Of a stretch of DNA of 64,000 nt, positions 14,966 through 27,894 are shown piece by piece. Position 1 is the stretch's first letter. Every line of letters begins with the position of its first letter. The stretch is from Zancudomyces culisetae HAW-14-8. Lineage: Eukaryota; Fungi; Kickxellomycota. The notes under the pieces are model-generated. The model was not told the origin of the DNA, searched no databases, and saw only the letters and a list, made by a program, of their open reading frames with translations. The position numbers were made by a program, and so were the translations under genes. The DNA lies in the NCBI GenBank assembly GCA_052426225.1, contig JBNJNM010000013.1, forward strand, positions 1,550,001 to 1,614,000, written 5' to 3'.

Positions 14966-15649
14966 ATGAACTTCAGTGGATACGCTACACCAGATACCAG
15001 ACTGGATCTTGAGAAACACAAGATTGTGATAGAAGAAAAACCCAAGTATGGCGATGCTGTGCCGTTAGGCGTTGTATCATTTGCGTTCACAGTCCTGGAA
15101 GAGGCCCTCCTCTTTTTTTACCATTGGCCAGTGACGCGATACGAAAAACTGTACTTTCTAGCTGGAAATGCCACAATGCTTGGCGGAATGTCACAGGCCG
15201 TTGCCGGAATTATACAATACATGAATGGTGATACTTTCCATGGAGCTGTGTTTGTATCCTTTGGGGGTATCTGGATATCGAAGGGCCTTAGGACATACAT
15301 GATGTTCAATAATCCAGTGTCATATGACCCCCAGTTTAAAGAAATCTACGACATCCAGGCTGGTATTTCCCATTTACCAGTGAGTATCTGGGCATTCATT
15401 CTTTTACTGTGCAATTTACGGGCAAGACTGAACACACTGCTGCTGTTTATAATTTTCAATATATATATACACCTTGTAACTGTAGCAGCATGGACAGGCA
15501 ATGAAGTCCTCTTTAAGGTAGCTGGCGTGTTTGGTATAATGTTGGCATCTATCTCGTTCTATAGCTCTGCAGCCATATTAATTACCAAACAAAACAGCAT
15601 TTTCACGCTTCCTAAAGGTAACGTTGTGTTTCCAGAAAAGAATGTATAA
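14966..15649 (+). CDS. GPR1/FUN34/YaaH (ATO/Ady2-like) acetate/ammonia transporter family membrane protein
   Basis: 227 aa with 6 hydrophobic segments. Motifs GDAVPLGVVSFAFT (cf. NPAPLGL.GF) and GGMSQAVAGIIQYMNGDTFHGAVFVSFGGIW. Confidence 0.85.
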   Translation: MNFSGYATPDTRLDLEKHKIVIEEKPKYGDAVPLGVVSFAFTVLEEALLFFYHWPVTRYEKLYFLAGNATMLGGMSQAVAGIIQYMNGDTFHGAVFVSFGGIWISKGLRTYMMFNNPVSYDPQFKEIYDIQAGISHLPVSIWAFILLLCNLRARLNTLLLFIIFNIYIHLVTVAAWTGNEVLFKVAGVFGIMLASISFYSSAAILITKQNSIFTLPKGNVVFPEKNV

Positions 15650-16078
15650 AGGATTTTAATTTATTTCATAAGATCAAATAACAGGTCTTTATTCCTCCCC
15701 CCACCAGCTCTCTTATTAATTATAGGATAAATTAGATAATACAAACCAATTCATTTTATAACTTTATCCAAACTTTATTCGTATTTTACTTTTAAAAAAT
15801 ATATAAAACTGACTAAAAAACTAAACAATCATCCTCCCCAAAGTGGGCAGGTACATACTATATCTATGATATGTTTGTTGACAAAAAATAATAAAATATG
15901 ATAATATACTTTACAGTGGCTTTCCAATTTAACTGCTACTTTATTACTTCGTTTCTGTACTAAATGGTTCCGCAATCCAACATGCTTAAAAATAATCCCA
16001 CTAATAAATAAATGTAGATATAAAAGAATCAAAAGAAGTACGCTAAAGAGTACTCGAGTATAGGAGTAAATGGTTTTC

Positions 16079-16702
16079 CTAATTCATTATTTGGTAAAGC
16101 AAAGCTAAAAAAACCGTTAGGGTAGCAGATACAGACATGATCCTGAGGTTTGCAGATGAGGAAGCGGTGGAGAGAGAAGTGGATCCAGAAATGCTCAATG
16201 TCGCGTCGGCATTGGTGCAAGTTGCTGGGAATGCATCTGTATCCACATTGTACGAAATGCTTGTGTCTTGGGATGAAGCATATATTACACTGGATGTACT
16301 GTAGGGTGGGTTAGGAACGGAGTATCCAGGATTGATTTGCGAGTATGAGGTAGGGTTGGGTGCTATTGTTGGTACTGAGGATGATTGATAACGAGTGGTG
16401 TATCCAATAGTGGAAGAATAATCATCCTGTGAAGTATATGGTGTGATTGGCGTAGTTTGGGTATATCCGCTTTCCTGTATACCCTGGGTGGCCGATCCAC
16501 CCTGGTTTATGGTACAATAGGCATTTCCATAAGGAATAGACGTGCATGTGTGGCCATACCGACAAACAGATGATTGCCAAATTCCTTTTACACACCTGGC
16601 TATAACGTCTCCTGCGCAAATTGTTACAGGCCCGGGACAGTTTTGCGCTCTTACAAAGCCCGATAAGGAGATGCTGAATAATACGATTACTTTTGCTCTC
16701 AT
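16079..16702 (-). CDS. Secreted, probably GPI-anchored cell-wall protein with 6-Cys CBM19-like (chitin-binding) module and Ser/Thr-rich stalk
   Basis: ATG at 16702 gives signal peptide MRAKVIVLFSISLSGFVRA, then C...C...ARCVKGIWQSSVCRYGHTC...C, an S/T/Y/P-rich linker, and a hydrophobic C-terminus after SSSA. Confidence 0.7.
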   Translation of the reverse strand: MRAKVIVLFSISLSGFVRAQNCPGPVTICAGDVIARCVKGIWQSSVCRYGHTCTSIPYGNAYCTINQGGSATQGIQESGYTQTTPITPYTSQDDYSSTIGYTTRYQSSSVPTIAPNPTSYSQINPGYSVPNPPYSTSSVIYASSQDTSISYNVDTDAFPATCTNADATLSISGSTSLSTASSSANLRIMSVSATLTVFLALLYQIMN

Positions 16703-18382
16703 TTTTTTTATACAGTAGATCGATTTAAAAGCAAGTACTAATTTATTTTTACTTTTTTCTGAGACCAAGATCTTATTTATAAGCCTTTACAGAATTTTAC
16801 TTTTCTTTTTTTTAGTTCATGTAGAATGATAAGAAGTGATGGGCTTTATATACTCCGATTCCATGTAATTATGAAAATAAAAACAACAAAAAACAAGGTA
16901 TAAACGAACACCAAGTTTAATATAAATAAACTTGTGTAAACTGACATTGTGGACGTATTCAAAATATACAACAGGATAACCTGTAAAGAGATCCGAAAAA
17001 TATCTTTATCTGTATGGCAGGTAGTGCTCATCGAAATAACACATTCAATCCTTTGTAACCACAAACTTTTTATGCGGTATAGTTGGCCCTTTTTACGATT
17101 ACTAGACCCAAGTATTATATTTTTTATTTCTTTAAAGGGTATCATTTCAACCTCAAAACTCCAAAAGTGTTGACTTTATGAATACATACTTGTTAGACGG
17201 AATACATATCTTAAGGATAGTTGAGTTTTTATGCAATATATAATCTTGTTTGCATTTTTAATATGCAATAATATTAAAATTTTCAAGTTTAGTTTTTAAA
17301 TAAAACGGATAATAACGGTAAATGTAATACAGCTTATAAAATAATGGCTAACCCATTGCTAACTAAAACACGCCACATGTAACTTGCGTCATGAGGACTT
17401 TATAGAACAATCACACAGTAGATTCTCGATACTACAGCACCATCCATTCTATTTGTAGCCATATTTTTGATTTCAAGTTATATTTGTCAAACACATAAAA
17501 AAATAAGACGAGAGAGGTCGGAATACAACCGAGGTAGTTAGCAGTGGGTTTAGGATTAGAAAATTTAACCGTAAAATTCTATAAAGATAAGCGATTATCA
17601 TTATGACGTGATGAAAGTGAAAGTGAAAGTGGAAAAAAACAAAGTATAGAATATTAGAAATTGAAAAATGGAGGATTTCATGTGTTTCCGCTCAAGCATG
17701 AATGGTGCAGTATTCTCATCAAGTAATGCCCGGAAAACATCTAGCGCAGTGATAAAAATACTAACAAGTACGCATCGTTAACCTGACAAAAAGATTGAAA
17801 TCTTACAAACTAGAACTTCTAGCACAACGTGTAACAGTTGTTAAATAAAGTGGTTTAATTTACGATTAATGTTTGGAAATAGTTGATCTTTGTTTGATCA
17901 AGCTGGTAGAGGTGCACTCCAGAAAAAACTTGGTACCTAAATGTCGGTTATGTGTTGTTTCAGCATTTTATTTCAAGTCTCAAAGATTCAAGACTGGTGA
18001 ATACACTTTTCCAGAAAAAAAAACTAATACGGTATAACATCGATTATATCGCAGCTGTACTGATGTATATCCAGTATATTATAGTATAGTATAGTAGAAA
18101 TCGAGGAGAGAAAATGAGAGGGAGGGAAATGGGTGGATGTAGGTATTGTGTTATGCCAGGTCGGGCTAAATTGGCAGTTGATTGATGTTTTCTTTGAATC
18201 GGATCTCCCAAAGTTGGCAAAAGCAAAAAAATATTTCATAATAATTGTCTGGCCAATAGTGGTGATCTAGCCATGATTTCGTGTTTAAAATTGGCTTTGG
18301 TAAATAATAAAAAAAAATTTAAAACCTTGTAAAATTTTTTATTTTTTAAAGCTTTATACAAACTAAAAGCACGACAGGGGAA

Positions 18383-19816
18383 ATGGAGGTAGATCCTGAC
18401 AAATACGATCAAGTAACAGAAGGAAAGGCAAAAATCCTTTACCCGAAACAAAATGAGGTCTTTTACAATCCGGTCCAGGAATTCAACCGGGACATGTCAA
18501 TTGCCTCAATTTCAACATGGAGAGAAAAGCTATACAAAAAGGAGAAGGCTGTGATACTTGAGGGTTTGTCAGCATCGGGGTTGCGTTCAATACGGTATGC
18601 GAAAGAAATCGAGGGTATTCAGAAGATAGTGGCAAACGATTTGTCAGAGGAGGCAGTAGAGTCGATAAAGCGGAATATAGCATACAATGAAATTCCAGAA
18701 GGAAAAGTTGAGGCGCACAAAGGGGATGTGATGGAGGTGTTGTATTCGCATCGGGAAAGCAGTAAGCAGTATGAGGTGATAGATCTAGATCCATATGGAA
18801 GTGCAGCGCAGTTTATAGACGGAGCTGTGCAAAGTGTAAAGTCGGGAGGCTTGCTGTGTATAACGTGTACTGATTTAGCGGTGTTAGCGAGTATGAATCA
18901 TCCAGAAACATGCTTTGCAAAATACGGTGGGATGCCAATGAAAAGCGAGTTTAAGCACGAGCTTGCGCTGCGGCTTCTGTTGTATTCAGTGCAAAGTAGT
19001 GCGGCAAAATACAAGCGGAGGATCAAGCCATTAATGAGCTGTAGCATAGATTTTTATATCCGGGTTTTTATTGTGGTGTACGACAGCCCCAAGGACTGTA
19101 AGGACGGTATAACAGATTCAGGTATAGTGGTGAGTTGTACCAAGTGCCACAGCTTTGGGGTACAGCCATTTGGTAAAAAGACAGCACTCAATAACCAGCA
19201 AAACAATTTCAAGTATACACCATCAGTGGTGCATGGTGTTTCGCAGGCTTGTAGCAATTGCGGCTCGAGTTTGAAACTCGGAGGACCTTGCTATTTATCA
19301 GATATTCATGACAAAACGTTTGTAGATAGTTTGTACGAGCACATTTGCAATAATCCTGGGAAATTTGGTACAGAAAAGCGAATGAAGGGGATGGTAAAGG
19401 TGATTTCAGAAGAGTTGAGCAACCCATTTTTCTACACACTGACAGGCTTGTGCTCGAGTGTAAAGATGGGTGCGTGTCCACCAATAATTAAGGTTACTTC
19501 TGCGATCTGTAACGCCGGGTACAAGGTTTCATGCTCACATACATGTCCTGGTTCCATCAAAACCGATGCGCCAGACTATGTAATCTGGGATATTGTCAGA
19601 GAATTGGCAAAGACATGCGGTAGCAAACAGGTTGATCCCGAAAACAGGGAGCAACAGTATATTGGAAACATTATAAACAAACCACAAACCGTGACAAATG
19701 TTGATTTCACCTACAATGCCAATGCTGTAGGCGAGTCTCGAAAGATTAAGCTGGTGAGGTACCAAGTCAACCCAACCAAAAACTGGGGACCCAAAAAGCG
19801 ACATAGATCTAACTGA
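18383..19816 (+). CDS. TRM1: tRNA (guanine-26 N2,N2)-dimethyltransferase
   Basis: VFYNPVQEFNRDMS, LEGLSASGLRSIRYAKE, DLDPYGS, GGLLCITCTD, SIDFYIRVF and C-terminal RYQVNPTKNWGPK. Confidence 0.96.
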   Translation: MEVDPDKYDQVTEGKAKILYPKQNEVFYNPVQEFNRDMSIASISTWREKLYKKEKAVILEGLSASGLRSIRYAKEIEGIQKIVANDLSEEAVESIKRNIAYNEIPEGKVEAHKGDVMEVLYSHRESSKQYEVIDLDPYGSAAQFIDGAVQSVKSGGLLCITCTDLAVLASMNHPETCFAKYGGMPMKSEFKHELALRLLLYSVQSSAAKYKRRIKPLMSCSIDFYIRVFIVVYDSPKDCKDGITDSGIVVSCTKCHSFGVQPFGKKTALNNQQNNFKYTPSVVHGVSQACSNCGSSLKLGGPCYLSDIHDKTFVDSLYEHICNNPGKFGTEKRMKGMVKVISEELSNPFFYTLTGLCSSVKMGACPPIIKVTSAICNAGYKVSCSHTCPGSIKTDAPDYVIWDIVRELAKTCGSKQVDPENREQQYIGNIINKPQTVTNVDFTYNANAVGESRKIKLVRYQVNPTKNWGPKKRHRSN

Positions 19817-20065
19817 TACATAGTAGAAAGCAAATCTATTCTTTTTTTTAAACACAATTAGTTTCCACCCTTTGTTTTGTTACTCTATATATATTTTTTT
19901 CGATGAGCCAAATTTAAAGCCAATATAGAAAAAAAATTTTTTTTTATTCCAGAATATATAAAATTCTTTTGAAAAAAAAGACTCTTTCTAGCTCTATGCC
20001 ATATTATTACCGAATTATCGCACTTTAACAACAAGGAACTAGGAAAACATAAGAAGAAACGTAAA

Positions 20066-20248
20066 ATGGCAAATTATCAGCAACAATTACAGCGTCCGCA
20101 GATAATAAAGACAATAAAACGCGAGAAGGTCAAACAATCGCAAGTACTCAAGCAACTAGAAAAGTTCATGTTGAAGCAAGCTTCGGTGCAATCAGCACCA
20201 ATTGGAGTAAAACAGCAATTAGAAAAGATATTAAAAAGTATGATGTAA
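20066..20248 (+). CDS. Small protein resembling RNA polymerase I subunit A14 (Rpa14/Ker1 family)
   Basis: 60 aa: P-x-x-I...V-x4-VLKQLEKFM...QLEKI mirrors yeast Rpa14 PVVI...VSTDEVLQFLESFI...QLKRI (recalled sequence). A-rich context aaaATGG. Confidence 0.5.
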   Translation: MANYQQQLQRPQIIKTIKREKVKQSQVLKQLEKFMLKQASVQSAPIGVKQQLEKILKSMM

Positions 20249-22912
20249 AAAGGAGTGGAGAGAGGAAGCAAGTTTGGGATCAAGTATAGAAGACAGCCGT
20301 TTAACAGAAAGGGAGCAGAGGTGGGTAAAGTTTTTGGAGGAATTGGTCAAGTTGTAAACGGCGAGAGATTGGGTGCCAGCGGATAGGCCAGGAAGTGAAT
20401 TCAACAGTTTGAGGGAAGAGGATCTGTAGTTGTTTGTTAGAGTGACAGAGGATTTTCCGGCTTGTTCGGCTCTATGGCTATCGGGTTCGGGGAAGCGAGA
20501 CTTCAAATCCAAAAACAATTTAGCGGTAAATTGGGGCGAAGGACTCCAAATCAATCGTAGTTCTTTATAGGAGATTAGAAGCTGAGCCAGTTTTACAGGA
20601 AACAGTTGGCTGGCACGCTCAGTTCTGAAATAGTAGTCGCCTAGAAACAGCGAATTTGGTTCGAATTCGATCAACAAAGCAGACGATTTGTAGTGTTCGC
20701 GCATAGCACCGGCCTGGGTGTACAGTCTGCCACTAGCAAGAGACTGGATCAGATCGGGTACAGCTTTTCTTTCAACACACAGCTGGTCGTGCAGGACATA
20801 GTCGCCTATTAACAGTGTCCGCGGAACAACCATAATTCCCTTGTTGTACAGAGCAAACGGCAATGCACTCCGGAACTCTCTGGCGTCGACTATGACAGTC
20901 GCAGTTTTGTTTTGATGAAGCGGTTGCAAATCATTTTCGGTAGAAACAAAACTGATTGGCGGAGGACTGTCGGTTATGCCTTTGTCAACCAGCTGGATTG
21001 CCATACTTGATTTCTCATTTATTAGCGTTTCAAAGCTTGTCTTTTCTTTTCGAATTTGACTTAGATATTTTTGTTCTTCTACACTGTTATCGTAAACCAT
21101 AAAATACACTTTTTCGATATTCCCGCCATATATTTCTAGTTGCCGGATGAATTCTGTGTTTGGTGAATACATAATCACTGTTGTTGGCCTGTATTTTTCC
21201 AACGTTTCCATGTTTTTTATCCCTGCATACGCTTGTATTACTACCTGTGCCTCTACCACCCCGTAATACGCCGGGTCTACAGTTGTTTCATTCTGGCTGT
21301 TTTGTTCACCTGTTCCACCATCAATATCAATAACTCCTGCAAACGTTGCGACGCTGGATCCGCTACTACCACTTACTGAATCGCTTGTTTTTCTAACCCT
21401 TCTCCTCTTGTTGGCATTGTTTTTGCCACTGTTTCCAGCCGGATTACCCATGGAGCTTGCCTCGGTATCATTGCTATTCTTTTGTATAAGCCTATTCTCC
21501 ATATATTCTTTATAGCTCTTCAACATGCATTTATTCAATCCCTTTTTAGAATCGTCGGCTTCGCTTAAATAACCCGATAGTTGTTCTCTAGTTGCCTCAT
21601 TACACACCATTATCAAAATTCGTGTATTAGCGCTAGTTTCCTCTTCTACTATTTTTTCCAGTGTCTTCCATTTCGGAAGTACTTCAACTTGCGGTCGACC
21701 ATCTGCTTTAGTATGGAACGCCCGTTCTTTGGCTAGATTATATATAATATTCCCCATATCTGTAAATATCCATGTAGGTTCGGTTCCAGTTTCTCCCCTC
21801 ATTTGCCCCAACGCCATCATCTTGTTTGCTGTAAATAAAATCTCAAGGTATTCATAATACTTTATACAGTCGTATTCCACCAAGTACTCCATCATTCTCC
21901 TTAAGTCTCCCAAATCTGCTATCAATCGCTTTGTCCTCGCTCCAACTCGCTGCCAAAATGGCTGTAGCATCCTTCGAACTCTCTCTTCGTTGTCTTTAAA
22001 TGTCCAATCCTCTATCTCCAATTCACTCATATCCACATACTTGTTTAGCCTTTTTATTTCCATCACTATCTTCTTGTTGCACTCCATTATACACTGTTGT
22101 ATCTCATTCATTCTTTTGCTCATCCCCTGCCGCATTTCTATCACTTCCCTTTCCTTTCCATACAACTCTTCTTTGATATTTACTTGATATCGTGGCCAAA
22201 GCTGTACTTTATTTATTTGCATCCGTTTTAGTCTTTTTTCCAACCCTGCAAACTCGTGTGTAAACCCCGTTGCCTTATCACTGATCGCCTTAATGAATCC
22301 TACACAATTTTCTTTTCGATACATTTTCAAGATAAACGCCTCAATACTATCTTCTGTTACTTTATGTGCTCTATTCACTACTATTCCTGTTACCATCTCT
22401 GTTGGAATTATTTTGTTGATAATGTCCACTACAAGAATTCTGTTTGTAACCGAAACTACTCCACCTTGTAAATATATTTTCGCCCTAATTTATATTTGCA
22501 TTTTAATTCTTTAATTATTCAACAAACTCGACTTTTTCAAGTTATATTAGATATACAATACAAACATTAAAATCCAAATGACGTTTATTGACAACTTGCA
22601 TTTGGATTTACTTTAACAAGTTGAACTATAAGCTTAAAATTACCTTTGATTGGGGCTATTGTCGCTTTTCAACACTGTTAGCCTTCCTGGATCGTCATTC
22701 CCACAGTTCATCTCCAACAATTTCTGTTGAATGTATTCCTCCTCAATCTCGCTGCAATTCATCAATAAAACCAAGGTTTTGTTTGTTGAGTATGTTCTTA
22801 CTAACTCCACCAGGATTCTCTCGTATCCCAACCCCTCCCCAATTACACTCAATCCATCCTCATTTATTACCTGTTCCAATATTGCTTTCTGAAACTTTAG
22901 CAATTCTTGCAT
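20231..22912 (-). CDS. RAD1: DNA repair endonuclease XPF (Rad1/Rad16), two exons
   Basis: Exon 1 22912-22644, intron 22643-22485, exon 2 to TAA 20231. Motifs GGVVSVTNRILVVD, LWPRY, SVEEQKYL...EKTSFETLI and the ERCC4 nuclease VDAREFRS...GDY...VERK..DL..SL.SGRL, then HhH. Confidence 0.95.
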
Positions 22913-24104
22913 TATTTCGTAAAATGTATTAAAATAAGCTATTTCTACCTTTTACAAGTACGTATTTAACACTAGCCCTAACACACTAATTAAAACCCCT
23001 CCAAGAATATATCTATATTTGTGAATACAATTTCAACCTGACCAAAAAAATTAATGTTGGAAAGCAAAAATGCTAAAAACGTGTTTTCTAATTAGTAGAT
23101 TTCTAAATGTCGTTAATTGCGATTTTAGTGATCCCGTTTAGTTGGTGGAAATTCGTTGAAGTCGAACTTATGTGCTATTATATTTCAATGTTTTTAGAAA
23201 AGCTATTCCGAAAAAGCATTTTTCTAGTCTACCAGGCACAGATTTGAACAATTCCGTAAATTCTATAGAGCCTTACCACCTCTAAAGTACCTGAATTGAC
23301 CATCATGTTTATGTAAAATCCGGTCTAGTCTCTGACCCAATATATGTTTTATCTCGCCATACTGTATAAACCTTTCTAGCTTATTATGTTGCTTACTTTC
23401 TTATAACAATTATGATCCCTTCATCACGATTGATGTCAAATTTACTTTAGCATGGGTGACAAAAGCATCAAGAACTATTGTCTCAATAAACACCCTTATG
23501 CTTGAAGCTAATCAGCTATAATTTCACTTCAGAATACCTTGGTGCTTACATCTTTATCAGGTATTTTCAACAATAGTGTGTTTAGTTAAACGGAATGAAA
23601 ATTTAATATTATTACACAAGCTTTCAAATACAAAGCTAGTCATATGTGATTTCTACCTTATACCTACTTCAAATGGTGACAAAGTAGCAACAGGTGATTT
23701 ATTACACGACTTTATTGATAGTTTGAATTTGCATTATTTAGGAAAATATTATTTTTAACATAATCAATACAATGATGGTCGCAATTAAAACAATCGATAT
23801 GACAGTGCTGATAAATATCAAGTCCTGTTTTTATGAATGTAAGGTATTACTTAGTTTTTTGGTATTGATTTAATCGAGAAAAGATCGAACTAGGTGAAAG
23901 TTACAATTTATATTTAAGAATCGTACACTAACTTAAATGCAACAGATATTTCTATTAATACAAAATAGTCCTAACCAATATCCACAAAAAAAAGTTTATT
24001 CTATGGAAATTTATTCTATACTACTAATACAGTTAGAATCTTGTAACGAATTTGAACAAGATGATATAAAAGCTAAAAAACACGTCTAATATCGGTCTGT
24101 TACC

Positions 24105-25271
24105 CTACAGATCTTCATCCTTTTCAATTTTATTTGTGTTTGTATTGTCTGCCAACTCCTCATTTTCTTTATTCCCACGTTTGTTGATTTCTATATCGAC
24201 AATGCTTTTGTTGCTTGCACTACCTTCTAGCTCACTGTCACTATCAGTATCACTGTCGCTATTACTATTACTATTGCTATCGCTATCACTGTCACTTTCA
24301 TAAATATTTATGTCTTCTCCTAACTCATTATCGATTTCTATTTCCTTTTGTCTACCCGTTATCCTCATCAGTAGTTTTTTTAGATTCTGAAGCTCTCTAT
24401 CATCTTGCAACGTTCTTTTTATAATCGGATCTCCAAAAAACAAATAAGCAACGCCCAACTCTCCTAAAGTTGCAATAACTGCCTCCATTCTGTAAATCAC
24501 CGATGAGATGGTAACACCAGTTGCGTCCAATAATATATTGATCAAAGTAATCAGCATAATAACTATTGGGAAGATTGGGAACCACAATAGCCTCATAAAC
24601 GTTTTACGAAGTAGAGTATTGTTATATTTTGTATTGATAGATACAACACGTCTGCGAATGTTAGCCTGACTATTGAATCGATTATGAAATGGTTCGCGAT
24701 ATTCTGCTATCCCACGAAAAAGCAATATCAACAGAATTATCATAATAAAAGTTCCTACACCACACAATACATAGAATGATATTATGACTTTATGAAATCT
24801 TGTCTCACCTAAAAACAAATATCCACATCTTTTTAGCTCGTACTGATCTTCCTCATCCCCCAGAAAAAACTGTAAAAGTGATAGCGCGGATATCACAATT
24901 GCAAAGATGTAATACCATATCTCGTACCTCTCAGCATTTTTTAGATGAAACCTGAATATAAGAACTAAATGTAGGGCAAGTCCAATGCCGATAGCGACGT
25001 GAAACATTACAAAATACTGAAGAATTAATGTCACAGCTCTGCAGAAATTGGAATTCCCGGTTAAAATTAGGAGTAGAATATGTGCAATAATCCAAATAGC
25101 ACCAGCAGCCTGTAAGAGTACTATTTGCCTAATAATTACCCTGTCAACTGTCTTTCTGTCGACTAGTAGAAGAAAGAAGTACCAAATAACAGAGAATGAG
25201 ATTATGGGTAATACAATTGAGGCGATGACTATTTCAATTATTTTTGCTGCAGAGTTCGTATCAGTTTCCAT
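24105..25271 (-). CDS. Seven-transmembrane GPCR-like protein (Git3/cAMP-receptor-like) with acidic SD-repeat tail
   Basis: Seven hydrophobic helices, Cys before TM3 (NFCRA) and in ECL2 (KRCG), TM6 RLLWFPIFPI, and an SD/SN hexamer repeat at about 24230-24298. Confidence 0.7.
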   Translation of the reverse strand: METDTNSAAKIIEIVIASIVLPIISFSVIWYFFLLLVDRKTVDRVIIRQIVLLQAAGAIWIIAHILLLILTGNSNFCRAVTLILQYFVMFHVAIGIGLALHLVLIFRFHLKNAERYEIWYYIFAIVISALSLLQFFLGDEEDQYELKRCGYLFLGETRFHKVIISFYVLCGVGTFIMIILLILLFRGIAEYREPFHNRFNSQANIRRRVVSINTKYNNTLLRKTFMRLLWFPIFPIVIMLITLINILLDATGVTISSVIYRMEAVIATLGELGVAYLFFGDPIIKRTLQDDRELQNLKKLLMRITGRQKEIEIDNELGEDINIYESDSDSDSNSNSNSDSDTDSDSELEGSASNKSIVDIEINKRGNKENEELADNTNTNKIEKDEDL

Positions 25272-27074
25272 TATTGTGCTTTTTTAATTTCATTATCGTA
25301 GCGTGTATATCCTAAACCTCGGTATGTTGAATACTTATTTGCAGTCCATTCGATCTATGATATCATCGAGCTTCTAGTTGGTGTGTAATTGCATATATTT
25401 ATTCATTATATTTTGAAGTTGAGGGTTTACACTGTGATATTTTTTGTATGAGCTCGTTAGAATTAGGATACTTTTGAAAATGAAAAAAGTAGAACTAGTT
25501 TTTATTATAGAAACACGTATTTAGGATTGCGTTCATATAAATACAATTTGGAATGTCCAAGGTTGGTTTTGAACTTGTATCCATTTTGTACTTGTGTTTA
25601 AACTACAACATATCGTAGGTTGTGTTTCGGGTAGGCCCCGTAAATTGTTTTATAGTTAGAATTTTGATTGCTCAGCCACTTTAGAAAAATAATAACGTAC
25701 GAATAGTATTTCAGTTTTGAAAAATTACCAAGTTTTCAATTGTATACATTCCCCATACTTTAAGGCAGATAGATTCTATTTGCTCAAAAATTTGTTAGTA
25801 TTCACATTTAAAAATAATAATCATATCTAGCCAAAATTTTATTCAAGTTGAAAGAAATACTTTTCCTATAGTCATAAGGTAATGAATGCTTGGATACAAA
25901 TTCAAATGTAACTTCAATAATGTAACACAACTCTGGATAGTTCAGCTAGCTTTAGGTGCAAATTTTAACACAAGATTTGCTTGTAGATGGTCAGATAACG
26001 TATGGTTTTAGATGAGGAGTTGGAAATCCTAATCAAAATAAGAAAACCCATACGTTAATATAAAAGTAGCATCTCTGAAAATAAGTGTAGACTTGAACCT
26101 ATTTACTTTTCATCTATCATTACTATATATTTTCAGTACTATTTGATACATTACCGCTTAAAAATGGAAAAAAAACAAGCGATGAGATGAAATGAATTTT
26201 GTTTCAACAATAAAAAAGCTACTGCAACACACTTGAACTATTATATTTTATCTAACTAATTATATAGAGAAACATACTCTATATCTTTATTTGTATATTC
26301 ACTATAGGTTAATAAAACATTTATTATAATCCATCTTAAACTTTGGTATATCTTGACACCGTTTATTTAAGCGTGATTCTTACAAACTGTAATAATGTGT
26401 TTCGCACGTATAGGCCTCCTATCATATAAGACCAATGATTATTCTTGTTCGAGCTACAGATAATAAAATAAGACTATTTTATACTTTGCTACTATACGAC
26501 AACAAGTATGTAGTTTAACCATTACAGATAAACCGCAATCTATTTAGTCTGGTCATTTCAAGCTGGGTTCAACTAGGTCACCAAACAACAAATAAGCGTG
26601 TCAACAACAAGGTTTAACCTATCGGTATAAACCAGGCGTATAGCAATATAAAAGTATTAACGGATGAGTAGAGGTTATGGGAGGCGAAGTGACGGTTCAA
26701 AAAACATTTCAAAGGGTAGCACTATATAATATAAAAGTGTAGTTTAATTTCAAATAAATGTCAATTTTAAGGGTTAAACATGAATATCACTTCCAAAAAC
26801 TAAAGCGCAATAAAAAAAAGGTAATACACGATTTAAATGTATTATAATATCGCTTTATGTGAACAAAATTCTACAATGTATAATGTTAAATGTAAGGTAA
26901 AGAAAATAAAGATTAGTTGCTCCAAATCATGTGTCTTAACACTAATTGTTTTGAGTAAATATAAAAACTAGGAATCTTTTAAAAATAAATTTTAGCATTA
27001 CAACTGTGTCTATATTTGCTCAAAAAAAATACCATAAAGCCAAGTTATCATGACTACATAATGGTCATTATAAA

Positions 27075-27112
27075 AAATAAAATAAAATAAAATAAAATAA
27101 AATAAAATAAAA
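27075..27112. repeat. (ATAAA)n microsatellite
   Basis: About 7 tandem ATAAA units. Confidence 0.8.
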
Positions 27113-27894
27113 TTTAAGAGTAATAAAGTACATACAGGTGGTGGTACGAATGTATGATCAGTTGGTGGGTTCAGCCTGTTCATTTTTAGGATTTTGTATT
27201 TACATCTTTTCATTTCTAGTGCTTTTTATTAAAGTGGACGTTCAAACTGATTAATTATTAGAGTAAAAAAAAGTTGTAAAATAATAAGTTACAAATCACG
27301 GATATGCTATTAAAGTACAAAATTTTAATCTCACAATAATAATACCAACTAGAATCCAAATCTCTCATCCATAATACATGAGTTGTCAACAGATTGTCAG
27401 AATCCAGGTATAAATACGCGAGCAAATATATGCGCGAGTGTGGTACTTATAATCAACCACTATTTATTATATAAAATCAAATTAGCAATAAAAATGAAGC
27501 TAAATAAATTTTATAATTTATGACAAGCGGTGTAACAAAGAGATTAGAAACTGTTTGAGGTCCCAAAAGTAGGTAAAAATAATGTTCTTAATTATTCTAG
27601 TATAATTCCTTAATTGAATTTCGTTATATAAATACTTTTATGTGTGTAAATGCCATATCATTTGAATAAAAATTAATACATTTATGTACCAATATAATAA
27701 ATTTTTGGAGTTATACAGAATATTAAATTTAAACAAGAGCTAGTTTTAGTAACAATTTCTGAACCTTAATTTAATTTTTATGTGTCAAACATTATAATTT
27801 TACTATAATCTTATTATTTTATAGTTGAATTGGTTAAGTCATAATAATTTCTATTAGTATCCTAATATATATAACTTAATGATACATAATGAAA

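Noticed and set aside
18273-18382. Upstream exon adding a mitochondrial presequence to TRM1
   Set aside because: The ATG at 18273 and the candidate intron do not join in frame with TRM1.
10056-22912. TFB4 and RAD1 as a nucleotide-excision-repair gene cluster
   Set aside because: They are separated by unrelated genes, and two genes are compatible with chance.
27394-27850. Possible extra LTR starting TGTCAGAATCC
   Set aside because: No second copy, 3' terminus or TSD could be identified.
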